64,000 nucleotides of DNA from Longimicrobiales bacterium (GTDB lineage: Bacteria > Gemmatimonadota > Gemmatimonadetes > Longimicrobiales > Gaopeijiaceae): the NCBI GenBank assembly GCA_965223235.1, contig CBDCVV010000016.1, positions 92,108 to 156,107 of the forward strand, in the 5' to 3' direction. Below the pieces are notes generated by a model. It was given only the letters and a program-made list of their open reading frames with translations. It ran no database searches and was not told the DNA's origin. Numbering within the stretch: the first letter of the stretch is position 1; each line of letters begins with the position of its first letter. A program made the position numbers and the translations under genes. Below, in pieces: positions 33,523 to 44,300 of the stretch.

Positions 33523-36188
33523 TCTGGAGTTCCCTCGGACGGTGTTGAAGTCAGCTCCGCGGCGGCGTCGGGACGGCCCGTTGCCTCGTACAGTTCGACG
33601 AGTCGGCGGTGAGCGGTCCGCGTGCGGCCTGCTTCTGGGCCTTGTCCCTCCAAGAGGGTCTCGTAGGCCTCGACGAGGAGAGGCTCAGCTTCGGCATAGC
33701 GTTCCTGGTCCATTAGCGCCGCGGCCAGGTCACTCATGGCTTCGCCAATGTGTCTGTGCCCCGCGGGGAGGCCGTCCACCCGGAGCTCCAACGCTTCCCG
33801 TAGAAGCGCCTCGGCTTCTTGAGGACGGCCCAGACGCCGATATACCGTGGCGAGTCCCACGCGGGGGAACGCCCGGTTCGGGTGTCCCGGTCGCATGGCT
33901 TCCTCTTGCAACGCGATGGAGCGGAGGAAGTGTCGCTCGGCTTCTTCCAGCTGCCCGACCTGACTGAGTTGCGTCGCGAGGTTGTGGTACGTCGCGCTCT
34001 TCGAAGGATGGGGTTCTGGATAGATCTGCTCCGTTACAACCGCCACTTCCCGATACGCAGCAAGCGACTCCTCCTGGCGTCCCATGTTGGAGAGCAAGAT
34101 TGCGTACGACGAAAGCGTATTCGATACGTCTGGATGGTAGGGGCCAAGCACTTCTCGGCGGATCTCGAGCGCCTCCAGGTAGAGCTGTTCAGCCTCCTCG
34201 TAGGCCCGTCGGTCTCGCAGGAGGGCGGCGAGCGATCGGGCCGCCCCGGCCACGTCGGGATGTCGAGGGCCGAGGGCGAGCCTCTGCGCCTGGAGTGCTC
34301 CTCGTAGCATGGGCTCGGCTTCTTCGAGTCGATCCATCTGGCGCAACATGTTGCCCCGGTTCCGGAGTACCGAGATCAGTCGCGGGTCATCCGAGGCGAC
34401 GTTGGGTTGAAGCTGAGCGAGTGCCTGGAGGTACACGGAGTCTGCTTTCTCGTACCGACCGTCGGTCTCGAGCAAGAACGCGTACTGGCCCATTGCGTCC
34501 CCGAGGCGTGGATCCGTAGGCTCGACCGCCCCTCGCAGGGAGACGAGAGCCTCAAGGAAGTGCGCCTCGGCTTCGGCCATTGCGCCTCGATCTTGGATCG
34601 TGGCAGCGAGGGAAAGACGAGTTGATGCGTGCTCGATGCTCGTCGCGCCGTACGTTTCTTGGCTCAGTTCCGATGCCCGGGCCAAGAGAGGTTCGGCGTC
34701 TTCCGCCAAGCCGATCGATGAGTAGACCTCGCCGATCACCCGGAGCATCGTTGCCTGGACCTCCGGCTGCCCAACGAGCCCTTCGTCGATGCGCGCCGCA
34801 CCGGCATCAAGGAGCTCTCGTGCTGTGATTGTGGCTCCTAGCGACTCCTCCGGGTCGGCGACTTCGAAGAGTCCTTGCAGGAAGTCCGCGACCTCTCCGG
34901 CCTTGGCTGCTTCCGTTTGTGCGCGATCGCGTTCGTTCGCGAGCCGCGCGGTGTAGAACGCTACCAGTGTGGAACTCGTGAGAAGCACCGCGGCGGCAGC
35001 TCCGATGGCCCACGCATGACGCCGCACCGCCTTCTCGAGCCGGTAACCGAGCGTCGCCGGGCGGGCACGGACGGGGCGGCCGGACAGGTGTCGATCGAGA
35101 TCGTCCATCAACTCCTGGACGGATCCGTACCTGTGAGTGGGCTCCTTGCGGAGTGCCTTCAGGCAGATGACGTCGAGGTCGCCCCGGAGTCGGTTACGCA
35201 ATCTTCGGGTGTCCGTGCTCCTCAGAGCCTCGAAGGTAGGCGCGTCGTGGTCGATCGGCGTGTCTTCACCGACCTTCGTGCTTGGGCGAGGTGGATCGAC
35301 GCTGCAGACGACGCGCTCTAGCTCGGTCGCGCTTCTCGCCTCGAATTCGTACGGTCGCAGCCCAGTCAGGAGCTCGTAGAGGATGATGCCCAGAGAGTAG
35401 ACGTCCGTCGCGGTGCCCACCGGTTCACCGCGCACTTGCTCGGGCGAGGCATAGGCCGGTGTCAGGGCGAGCAGCTTGGTGCCTTCCTTGGCCATCTCTT
35501 CGTCATCGGGGACGATGAGCTTGGCGATGCCGAAATCGAGAAGGCGGATGCTCCCGTCTTCCGTGGCCAGGATGTTGTCCGGCTTCAGGTCCCGATGCAC
35601 CACGAGGTTGGCGTGGGCGTACACGACTGCGGCGCAAACCTGACGGAAGAGGGCCAGTCTCTCGTCCACGGATAGACGCTCTTGGTCGCAATACTCGTCG
35701 AGCGGGATCCCCTCGACGAACTCGAGAACGAGGTAGGGCTGCCCTTGATCCGTGACTCCGCCATCGAGGAGTGTGGCGATGTGTGGGTGCTGAAGCCGCG
35801 CGAGGATCTGGCGCTCTCTCCGGAAGCGTTCAACGAGAATCGGAGAGGCCAACGGGCTGTGCAGCACTTTGAGTGCGACGGTCTGATCGAACACACCGTC
35901 CGCCCGCTGGGCGAGGAAGACTCGCCCCATGCCGCCGCGCGCATGCTCGCGGACGATGCGGTATCGGCCGACCCTGGTGCCCTCGAGGCCCGACTCCGCT
36001 CCGCCCTCTTCCGCTGCCCCGAAGTCGTCGACGATCTCATCATCAGAGGAAATGAGCTCCAGGACTTCCTCTACGAGAGACGGATCGTCGGCACACGCCT
36101 CCCTCAAGTATCCTTCGCGGGCCTCTGGGGCCTGCTCGAGCGACTCGTGGAAGAGCTGGCTTAGCCGCTTCCAGCGATCTTGGTCCAC
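33519..36188 (-). CDS. serine/threonine protein kinase with C-terminal TPR repeats
   Basis: 889 aa. Hanks motifs [19 protein letters not shown] and SPEQ, one TM helix, then about 450 aa of TPR-like repeats. Confidence 0.9.
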   Translation of the reverse strand: MDQDRWKRLSQLFHESLEQAPEAREGYLREACADDPSLVEEVLELISSDDEIVDDFGAAEEGGAESGLEGTRVGRYRIVREHARGGMGRVFLAQRADGVFDQTVALKVLHSPLASPILVERFRRERQILARLQHPHIATLLDGGVTDQGQPYLVLEFVEGIPLDEYCDQERLSVDERLALFRQVCAAVVYAHANLVVHRDLKPDNILATEDGSIRLLDFGIAKLIVPDDEEMAKEGTKLLALTPAYASPEQVRGEPVGTATDVYSLGIILYELLTGLRPYEFEARSATELERVVCSVDPPRPSTKVGEDTPIDHDAPTFEALRSTDTRRLRNRLRGDLDVICLKALRKEPTHRYGSVQELMDDLDRHLSGRPVRARPATLGYRLEKAVRRHAWAIGAAAAVLLTSSTLVAFYTARLANERDRAQTEAAKAGEVADFLQGLFEVADPEESLGATITARELLDAGAARIDEGLVGQPEVQATMLRVIGEVYSSIGLAEDAEPLLARASELSQETYGATSIEHASTRLSLAATIQDRGAMAEAEAHFLEALVSLRGAVEPTDPRLGDAMGQYAFLLETDGRYEKADSVYLQALAQLQPNVASDDPRLISVLRNRGNMLRQMDRLEEAEPMLRGALQAQRLALGPRHPDVAGAARSLAALLRDRRAYEEAEQLYLEALEIRREVLGPYHPDVSNTLSSYAILLSNMGRQEESLAAYREVAVVTEQIYPEPHPSKSATYHNLATQLSQVGQLEEAERHFLRSIALQEEAMRPGHPNRAFPRVGLATVYRRLGRPQEAEALLREALELRVDGLPAGHRHIGEAMSDLAAALMDQERYAEAEPLLVEAYETLLEGQGPEAGRTRTAHRRLVELYEATGRPDAAAELTSTPSEGTPE

Positions 36189-36320
36189 GCTCCCTCCGAA
36201 CGCGCGGGTGAGGTCGAAATCTAGCAGGGTCGGTCGACTTCAGCGTCGCCGCCTGGCACGAAGAGTCCGCACGGTTAGGATCCCACCGGGAAACTGGTTC
36301 ATGAATGATGGAGGCGTCGG

Positions 36321-37259
36321 ATGAAGACTCGAATGCGTGTTTGGGTCGCGGTGTTTGGCCTGCTGTGCGCTACGCCGGCCGTGGGTCTTGCTCAGGCCAA
36401 TCCGCTACCGACGGTGGAGAAGGTCCGCAACTACCTACCTCACATGACGGTCCCGGAGGTGCAAGCGCTACTGGCCCGATCGGACATGGTCATCATCCCG
36501 GTCGCCTCCCTCGAGCAGCATGGCCTCCACTTGCCGATCGGCACCGACTACCTGAATGGAGTGGAGCGCGCGAAGCTCATCGCGCAGAGGGCCGACGTGC
36601 TCGTTGCTCCGATCTTGCTGCCCGGCCAATCGCCGTACCACATGGGCTTCGAGGGCACCATCACATTGCCGTCGCCGCTGATTCAGGAGGTGTACGTGGA
36701 GGCGGCGAAGAGTCTGATGCAGCACGGCTTCAAGCGCTTCTTGATGCTCAATGCCCACGGAGGCAACACCGCGACCACCCGGTTCATCGTCGATCGGATC
36801 AACCAAGAGACGGAAGGAATCGCGGTCGACCTCGGATCCGTGCTCGGCCCCTTTCGAACGTCGCCGCCGCCACGAGGCGACTCCGGCCCTCCGGTCTTCG
36901 ATCGCCATGGAGGGACCCCGGAAACATCTAGCTCGATGTACCTGATCCCAGAACTCGTCCAGCTCGAGGCGGCGATTCCTGCCGAGCTCACCTTGCCTCC
37001 GCACATGGAGGCGATGCTGCCCGACGTGGTAGGCGGCGACCCGACGGCGCTCGCCGTTTTCTTGGCTGAAGGGTTGAAGGATGCCGCTACCGGTAAGGGT
37101 ACTTCGGCTGCGGAGATGTCCACGACAGGGGTGTGGGGGGTCAGAGATCCGGGAGAGTCGACGATGGAGCGCGGGCAGGCGGATACTGAAGCCTTGGTCC
37201 AAGCCGCTGTTGCCTTCATCGAGCGTTGGAACGAGCTACGACCTCCGGGGACCCGCTAA
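36321..37259 (+). CDS. creatininase-family amidohydrolase with signal peptide
   Basis: 312 aa. PVASLEQHGLHLPIGTDY and LNAHGGN are creatininase family motifs. The N-terminus VWVAVFGLLCATPAVGLAQA looks like a Sec signal. Confidence 0.8.
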   Translation: MKTRMRVWVAVFGLLCATPAVGLAQANPLPTVEKVRNYLPHMTVPEVQALLARSDMVIIPVASLEQHGLHLPIGTDYLNGVERAKLIAQRADVLVAPILLPGQSPYHMGFEGTITLPSPLIQEVYVEAAKSLMQHGFKRFLMLNAHGGNTATTRFIVDRINQETEGIAVDLGSVLGPFRTSPPPRGDSGPPVFDRHGGTPETSSSMYLIPELVQLEAAIPAELTLPPHMEAMLPDVVGGDPTALAVFLAEGLKDAATGKGTSAAEMSTTGVWGVRDPGESTMERGQADTEALVQAAVAFIERWNELRPPGTR

Positions 37260-37421
37260 AGCCGAGGATCGATGCGACTGACCGATGTGGATTCGCTTGC
37301 AGCTACTTTCGCTCGTCGTCAACTTCGAAGGTGATCCGGTGAGTGGCCGAATCCCGTACTCCTTAGCGGACCTGAGACTTGGTCGACTCGCTCTCCTCCG
37401 ATACACCCGTAACCTCGACGC

Positions 37422-39854
37422 ATGACCTCCCCGCCTAGCTGTCCCCGTTGTGGGACCCTGATCGCTGGCGATTCGCACTTCTGTAGGAAGTGTGGGTCCG
37501 ATGTGACTCAGCACCTGTCGGGTGGGGCTGTCGCATCTCAAGGGGACCCGAACGCCACGGTTGTGGCCCCGTCCGATGCCACCATTGCGGCGAATGCGCC
37601 CACGGCTGTCCTCGGGAGTGCGAAGGACGTACACGCCTCGATGCTGGAGAATCTCCGGTCTGCTACGCTGGGCGAGTACGATGTGCTCAGTGAGCTGGGT
37701 CGCGGGGGCATGGCCACGGTCTTCCTCGCCCACGACATCGCACTCGATCGGAAGGTCGCGATCAAGGTCATGGCGCCGCACCTCCTCGAGGGTGACGGGA
37801 TGGTCGAGCGCTTCAAGCTCGAGGCTCGTACCGCGGCCCAGCTGTCCCACCCGCACATCATCCCGATCTATGCGGTCAAGTGGACGGACAACACGATCTA
37901 CTTCGTGATGAAGTTCATCGAGGGCCGCCCTCTTGACGACATCATCAAGAAGATGGCGCCACTCCCGATCCCTATGGTCAAGGACATCCTGACCAAGGTC
38001 GGTGGCGCCCTTGGGTACGGACATCGCCGAGACGTCGTCCACCGGGACATCAAGCCCGCCAACATCATGATCGACGAAGAGGGAACACCGATCGTGACCG
38101 ACTTCGGAATCGCGAAGGTCGCGACCGAGGGCGTGGGCCTGACCATGACCGGCACAACGATCGGTACGCCCTCATACATGAGCCCCGAGCAGTGCGAAGC
38201 TCGTGATGTCACGGGCGCGTCCGACCAGTACTCGCTCGGTGTGCTCGCGTGGGAGATGCTCACGGGTCGCGTACCGTTCGAGGGTAAGACCGCGGTGTCG
38301 ACGATGTACAAGCACTGCCACGAGAGCCTGCCGCCGCTCTTGGACGGTCGCCCCGACTGCCCACCAGATCTTCTGGAGACGGTGGAGCGGATGCTGGCGA
38401 AGGACCCGAAGGATCGGTGGCCTACGCTCGAGGCGGCTATCAAGCGGCTCGGTCCCGACGCGACGATGTCGTATGCCGACCCCGTGCACAGCCAACTCGT
38501 GGATTTGGTGAAGCAGGGGGATCATCGTGAACTGCTCGCGAGGATCCAGACACCGCGCAGCCCGATTCCGGTTGGCCGAGTCGGGGAGTCGACGCCCGCG
38601 CCGGCGACCACGGGGCCCGCCGCCGCAGGTGGGAAGAGAAGTTGGGTGGCGGCTGCGGCGGCCGTAGTCATTCTGGGCGGCGGAGGCACACTCGCGGTAC
38701 TGCAGCCGTGGGCGGCGGGTGGTGCGGACACCGCGATCGAACTCAACGATCCCGATGCCGGGGAGTCCAACGCCGTGGCTGGCGGTGGTGGCCAGCCCCT
38801 AGAGCCGGGCAATGAGGGAGACAACGTCGGGTCGGAGACCGATGCGGGCTCCCTCGCAGAGGGTGGCGAGTCCGAAGCGGGGCCGGACGCAGGGGGCGGG
38901 GAGGCACCCGAAGAGGTCCCACCCGATCCCGAGCCTGAGGTCAACACCGGTGGCAGCGGTGGGTCGGGTCCGAGCTCACGCCCGCCGCCCACGCCCACTC
39001 CGGTCGCTGTCGCATCCGTGGTGCTGGACGGAGTTCCCGATCGTGATCTAGCCGAAGGGACGAGCTATTCGGTGGCTGCGATCGCTCGTGACGCCTCTTC
39101 GCGTACACTCTCCGGGCGTACAGCTACGTGGTCTTCGTCGAACTCGGGAGTGGCCGAGGTCCGAGGTGGCCAGCTCATCGCGAGGTCGCCCGGGACGGCG
39201 ACGATCACCGCGACGATCGAGGGGGAGTCGGCTAGGGCAAGCGTCACGGTGGTCGCCGAGGCGGTCAGCTACGTCACGTTGGAACCGGAGACGCTCTCTC
39301 TCACGGAAGGCGACAACAGCCGTCTGAGGGCTCTCGCCTATAGTGCCGGGGGTGAACCGTTGGCACTCGAAGGTCGGACCGTCTCCTGGAGTTCTCTCGA
39401 CGAGACGGTGGCGACGGTCGGCCAAGACGGAGTCGTACGGGCAGTGGCAGCCGGTGATGCTACAATTCAGGTCTCGATCGACGGGGTGACCGAGACCGTA
39501 ATAGTGCGCGCCTCTCGGGCGCTCGTGAGCGCCCAGACCGCCGCCCCACAACTCATCCAACGGTTCGCCCGCGCTCTAGAGGCGAAGGATGTGGGTCAGA
39601 TCCGGGCCGTGTTCCCCGAGATCGGCGAAGCGCAGCTCCAGGGCTTTCAGCAGCTCTTCGACGCCTTCGACGCGATCGACGCTGACCTGACCGTCGGCCG
39701 CGTGGATGTCACAGGTGATGGGCTGGCAGTCGCGACTGCGAACGGGGCGTACCACCTCACGAATGGAGGGGACGTCACCGATCAGCCGATCTCGCTTACC
39801 GCTGATCTGGAGCGCAGGCCCAGCGGAGCGTGGGTGATCCGAGCCCTGCGCTAG
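37422..39854 (+). CDS. serine/threonine protein kinase with N-terminal zinc ribbon and extracellular Big_2 domains
   Basis: 810 aa. CPRCG...CRKCG, Hanks motifs (HRDIKPANIM, DFGIAK, SPEQ), a TM helix, a G/E/P-rich linker and two Big_2-like repeats (SSNSGVAEV / SLDETVATV). Confidence 0.85.
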   Translation: MTSPPSCPRCGTLIAGDSHFCRKCGSDVTQHLSGGAVASQGDPNATVVAPSDATIAANAPTAVLGSAKDVHASMLENLRSATLGEYDVLSELGRGGMATVFLAHDIALDRKVAIKVMAPHLLEGDGMVERFKLEARTAAQLSHPHIIPIYAVKWTDNTIYFVMKFIEGRPLDDIIKKMAPLPIPMVKDILTKVGGALGYGHRRDVVHRDIKPANIMIDEEGTPIVTDFGIAKVATEGVGLTMTGTTIGTPSYMSPEQCEARDVTGASDQYSLGVLAWEMLTGRVPFEGKTAVSTMYKHCHESLPPLLDGRPDCPPDLLETVERMLAKDPKDRWPTLEAAIKRLGPDATMSYADPVHSQLVDLVKQGDHRELLARIQTPRSPIPVGRVGESTPAPATTGPAAAGGKRSWVAAAAAVVILGGGGTLAVLQPWAAGGADTAIELNDPDAGESNAVAGGGGQPLEPGNEGDNVGSETDAGSLAEGGESEAGPDAGGGEAPEEVPPDPEPEVNTGGSGGSGPSSRPPPTPTPVAVASVVLDGVPDRDLAEGTSYSVAAIARDASSRTLSGRTATWSSSNSGVAEVRGGQLIARSPGTATITATIEGESARASVTVVAEAVSYVTLEPETLSLTEGDNSRLRALAYSAGGEPLALEGRTVSWSSLDETVATVGQDGVVRAVAAGDATIQVSIDGVTETVIVRASRALVSAQTAAPQLIQRFARALEAKDVGQIRAVFPEIGEAQLQGFQQLFDAFDAIDADLTVGRVDVTGDGLAVATANGAYHLTNGGDVTDQPISLTADLERRPSGAWVIRALR

Positions 39855-39881
39855 TCACCCTCGCTCGACTCGAAAGCGCGG

Positions 39882-41174
39882 CTAGAAGGGGAAGTCCATT
39901 CCCAGCGTCCAGATGTAGTCTGGCTGCAGACCGGCGTTCGTCAGCGGGAAGAGCCCGTTCGCGTATAGAACCATTCCTTCGCGCACCGTGAACTTTCCGC
40001 CGACCGAGGCGCGCCAGAGGTCGGTCTGAAGGTCGGGGATGTTTGTCGCCGGGATCAACCGCGTGAACGGAGTCTCGTAAGAGAGTGGCTCCGGGAGGGG
40101 GAAGGTGGCGTCTCCTACCTGGATCTCTCCCTCGAGTCCGACCGCGAGCGTGGCCCAATCCGTCATGAGGTTGTCGAAGGCGGTGCGGACGAGTACCCGG
40201 TCGTTGATGTTCTCGGAGCCAGACGCGAGATATCCGAGGTTCAGGTGGGGTGAGAACGTCCCGAGCTGGGCCGAGTAGATTCCCATTGCACGGATCTCCG
40301 TGGCACCTGAACCGAGAAGGTTGGCTTCGTCCCCGGTCGGTAAGCGCACCTCTGCCAGGAGCCCGCCACCCATCACCGACCCCTGACCAAAGTTGATCTT
40401 CAGTCGGGTGGCGATGTCGCCGATTCCCGATGCCGCCCCGTCCATCGAGGCGCTCGCCCTCAGCACTGGATCGACAGCATCCCCGCCGAACCGATGGAGT
40501 GCGGGCTCGCCGAACGGCAGAACCTGGGCGTCGGAACGACCCCGTACCGACGTACGGACGATCGGGATCGCGACACCGAGGTCGATGAAGTCCGTCAGCC
40601 CGACCGTCCCCGAAAGGGTCCCCACCGTCACGCTGACGTCCATCGCCATCCGCAGGTTGATCACGTCGTTCTCGAAAGGTGGATCTCCGAGGATGTCATT
40701 GTCACCGACGGAGTGGGAGAAGTTCAGTTCGAGCGCCGACAGAGGAGCTCCGTTCAGCGAGGTGAACTTCATCCCGGTCGCACTGAAACCCAGGAAGAAT
40801 CGTCCACGGCCGAGCGTTTGCGCTCGTTCTCCGAAGATCGGGCCAGCCGAGGTGGATGTACGAACCGGGACGCCGCCCACGAAGGAAAACGTGGCGCCTC
40901 CCGAGGTAGCGCTCACCGGGACACTCGATGTGGCTCGACTGATGGCGTCGGTAAAGAAGGAGATGACGGCCGCGTTACCCTCGCCGAGCGAAGGGAGAAA
41001 GTGGTCACCGTGTGTATTGTCCACATCGAGGCAGAGCGGTTCGCCGCACGTGCCGAACGTGAAGAGCTCCTGTTCCACTCGATCGCGCAGTCCCGTGGAC
41101 TGAGCGGCCACGTCTGAGACGACGATAAAGGCCAAGAAGAGCGAGGCGGCTACTGGGAGAAGCCTTCGGGGCAT
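39882..41174 (-). CDS. outer-membrane beta-barrel protein (MetA/phenol-degradation-like transporter family, tentative)
   Basis: The start at 41174 gives a signal peptide (LLPVAASLFLAFIVVSDVAAQ). Alternating beta-strand pattern with a C-terminal ...GMDFPF aromatic terminus. Confidence 0.55.
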   Translation of the reverse strand: MPRRLLPVAASLFLAFIVVSDVAAQSTGLRDRVEQELFTFGTCGEPLCLDVDNTHGDHFLPSLGEGNAAVISFFTDAISRATSSVPVSATSGGATFSFVGGVPVRTSTSAGPIFGERAQTLGRGRFFLGFSATGMKFTSLNGAPLSALELNFSHSVGDNDILGDPPFENDVINLRMAMDVSVTVGTLSGTVGLTDFIDLGVAIPIVRTSVRGRSDAQVLPFGEPALHRFGGDAVDPVLRASASMDGAASGIGDIATRLKINFGQGSVMGGGLLAEVRLPTGDEANLLGSGATEIRAMGIYSAQLGTFSPHLNLGYLASGSENINDRVLVRTAFDNLMTDWATLAVGLEGEIQVGDATFPLPEPLSYETPFTRLIPATNIPDLQTDLWRASVGGKFTVREGMVLYANGLFPLTNAGLQPDYIWTLGMDFPF

Positions 41175-41339
41175 CGGATACTCCACGGGTTCGGGTCGGT
41201 AGCGAAGCTTAATGTTGGTCCCGACCTGGGAGCAATCGGCCGGTCTGCTCGAGAGGTGGGGCCGGTGAGCGGAGTCTCCCCTCCTTGCTCCTCTCATCGA
41301 GCGTTCCTACCGTCCAAGAATGGGGACGCGCGTCGGCGA

Positions 41340-44300
41340 ATGGACAGTCCCTTCCCTCCATATGCGGTGAATCGTGTGAGTCAGCTTCCCCAGCTCCGCC
41401 TCCGTCGGCCTCGCCTTCGCTCTCTTCTCCTGATGGGATCGGTCGCCGTCTTTGCGGCGTGTGGTCCGGACTTCGTCCAGGAGATCACGGAGTCGAACAT
41501 CGAGTTCCTACGCGTGTCCCCCGACACGGCGCTGATCCCGGTTGGAGGGACCGCCACAGTGCAGGCGCTCGCACTCGATGGGACCGGCGCCCTGATCGCG
41601 ACGGCCTCGATCGGTTGGCAGGTTGCCGACCCCTCGATTGCGACGGTGGCGGATGGCTTGGTGACGGGCGTGTCCGTCGGGACCACGACTGTTACTGCGT
41701 CTGTAGGCGGCCTGACGGCTCAAGCGACGCTCGTTGTCGATCTGCCGCCAGAGATCGCGGTGAGCATGGACACCGTCGACTTCTCGCATGTGGCGGGAGC
41801 GGCCGATCCGACGCCGGTTGACGTCGACGTCAGCAACGTGGGAGCGTTCCCACTGGCCGGGTTGGTGGTCGACTCCATCACATATGGTGCAGGCGCGACG
41901 GACTGGCTGCAGGCAACGCTCAGTAGCCCGGCGGCGCCCTCGGTCCTCTCGCTGGCGCCGATGTTGGCGGGGGTGACTACGGCCGGGTCGTACGAGGCGG
42001 TCGTCACGCTCGTGGGCACCGACGCTGTGAATGCCCCACTCGATCTGATCGTGCGACTCACAGTTTCTGCCGCAGCCGCCTCGATGATCGATCTCTTCGA
42101 GGGCGATGGACAGACCGCAACGGTAGGGGCGGCAGTCGCGACTCCACCGGCCGTCGTCGTAACCGATGCGTTCGGAAACGGCGTGGGAGGCATCGATGTG
42201 GTGTTCACCGTGATGAGCGGGGGCGGCTCTATTACGGGTGGAAGCGTGGCGACCGACGCGGCTGGCGTCGCTCGGGTTGGCTCGTGGACGATGGGAACTG
42301 CCAGCGGGGAGAACACGCTCGCGGCGGCGGCCGGTGCCTTGGGGCCTGTGATGTTCACGGCGACCGCGGGGGCGGGAGCCGTCAGCGGGTTGGAGCTGAT
42401 CGGTGGTGATGGGCAAAGTGCGACCGCTGGTACCGCTGTTGTGGTGGCTCCTTCAGTGAGGGTGTTCGACGCCTTCGACAATGATGTCGAAGGAGCCGCG
42501 GTGGACTTCGTGGTCACCGGAGGTGGTGGTGTGGTGGCGGGGAGTCCGGCTGTATCGGATTCGGATGGACTCGCTACCGTGACCTCGTGGACGCTTGGTG
42601 CGGCAGTGGGTGCCAACGAGCTCACGGCCAGCGCGGCGGGTACGGCAGATACGATCGTCTTCTCGGCCACCGGCGTGGCTGGTTCAGCAGCTTCGATCGC
42701 CTCCGCCTCGGGCGATGCCCAATCGGATAGTGTCGGGGCCACCTTGGCGTCGCCGTACGTCGTCGTCGTCACCGACAGCAATGGCAACCCCGTCAGTGGC
42801 GTCACGGTCTCATGGGCTGTTACGGGGGGCGGTGGGTCGATCGGGAATCTCTCCTCCACGGACGCTTCGGGGATGGCGTCGGCAGTGCACACTCTGGGTA
42901 CCGTCGCCGGGGCGCAGACCGTCGAAGCGTCTTCGTCGGGGCTTGCCGGGTCCCCCGTCACCTTCTCATCCACGGCTACCGCCGGAGCGCCCGCATCGGT
43001 CGTCGTCGACGCGGGCGATGCCCAAAGTGGAGTCGCTGGCTCTGCTCTACCGACCGCCCCGTCCGTGGCGGTGTCTGACCAGTTCGGGAACCCGGTCGCC
43101 GGCGTAGCCGTCGACTTCGCCGTGACCGGCGGTGGTGGCTCTCTGACTGGAGCGTCCACTTCGACGAACGCGTCCGGTATCGCGTCGGTTGGGTCGTGGA
43201 CGCTCGGCGAGACTGCCGGCGCCAACGCGCTCTCTGCCACCGTAGTTGGCCTGATTCCGGTCGCCTTCTCGGCGACGGGGACGGCCGGCGCGGCGACCCA
43301 GCTCGTGCTCGAGACCGGAGACGGTCAGAGCGCGATCGCGGGGAGCGACGTGCCCACGCCGCCTGCGGTCCGCGTTACGGATGCCTTTGGCAACGGGGTT
43401 GTGGGAGTCTCGGTGACCTTCACCGTGACGAGTGGTGGTGGATCGCTGACTGGTGCTACACCCAGCTCGGCGGCGGATGGTATTGCCACGGTCGGTAGTT
43501 GGACGCTTGGCGCGGCGGTCGGGGTCAATACGATGGAGGCAGTCGCCGCCGGGATCGCCGATACCGTTGCTTTCTCTGCGACTGGCCTCGGTGGGAACGC
43601 CGAAACGATCGCGCTCTTCGCCGGTGATGCTCAGACCGATACCGTGGGCGCGACACTGGCGGTGGAGTACGCAGTGCGGATCGCGGATACCAACGACAAC
43701 CCGGTCCAAGGCGTCCCCGTCACTTGGACCGTGACCGGTGGCGGAGGGTCCATCACACCGGTGTCGAACACGGACGCGAGTGGTATCGCTACGGCTACCC
43801 GCGTTCTCGGAACGACCGCAGGTACTAGCAACCAGACCGCCGAGGCGTCCGTCGGTGGACTTACCGGTTCGCCCGTGCAGTTCACGGCGAGCGCGACGCC
43901 CGGAGCTGTCGCTCAAGCTTCGGTGAACGATGGGGACGGCCAGAGCGCGCCGGTCGGGACAGCCGTCGCGACGCCCCCGTCGGTCTTGGTAGCCGACCAG
44001 TTTGGTAACCCGTTGAGCGGTGTGACGGTGGACTTCGCTGTCACCGGAGGTGGGGGCAGCGTGACCGGCGCCAGTGCCGCAACGAACGGCTCCGGAGTGG
44101 CGACCGTGGGCTCGTGGACTCTCGGTGCCACGGCTGGCGCGAACTCGCTGCAAGGCACCGTAGCGGGGCTGAATCCGGTGAACTTCAACGCCACTGGGAC
44201 GGCCGGGGCCGCAACCCAGCTCGTGCTCGTCGCCGGAGATGGTCAGTCCGCTATCGCGGGGAGTGCCGTCGCGACCGAGCCGTCTGTACAGGCGCTCGAC

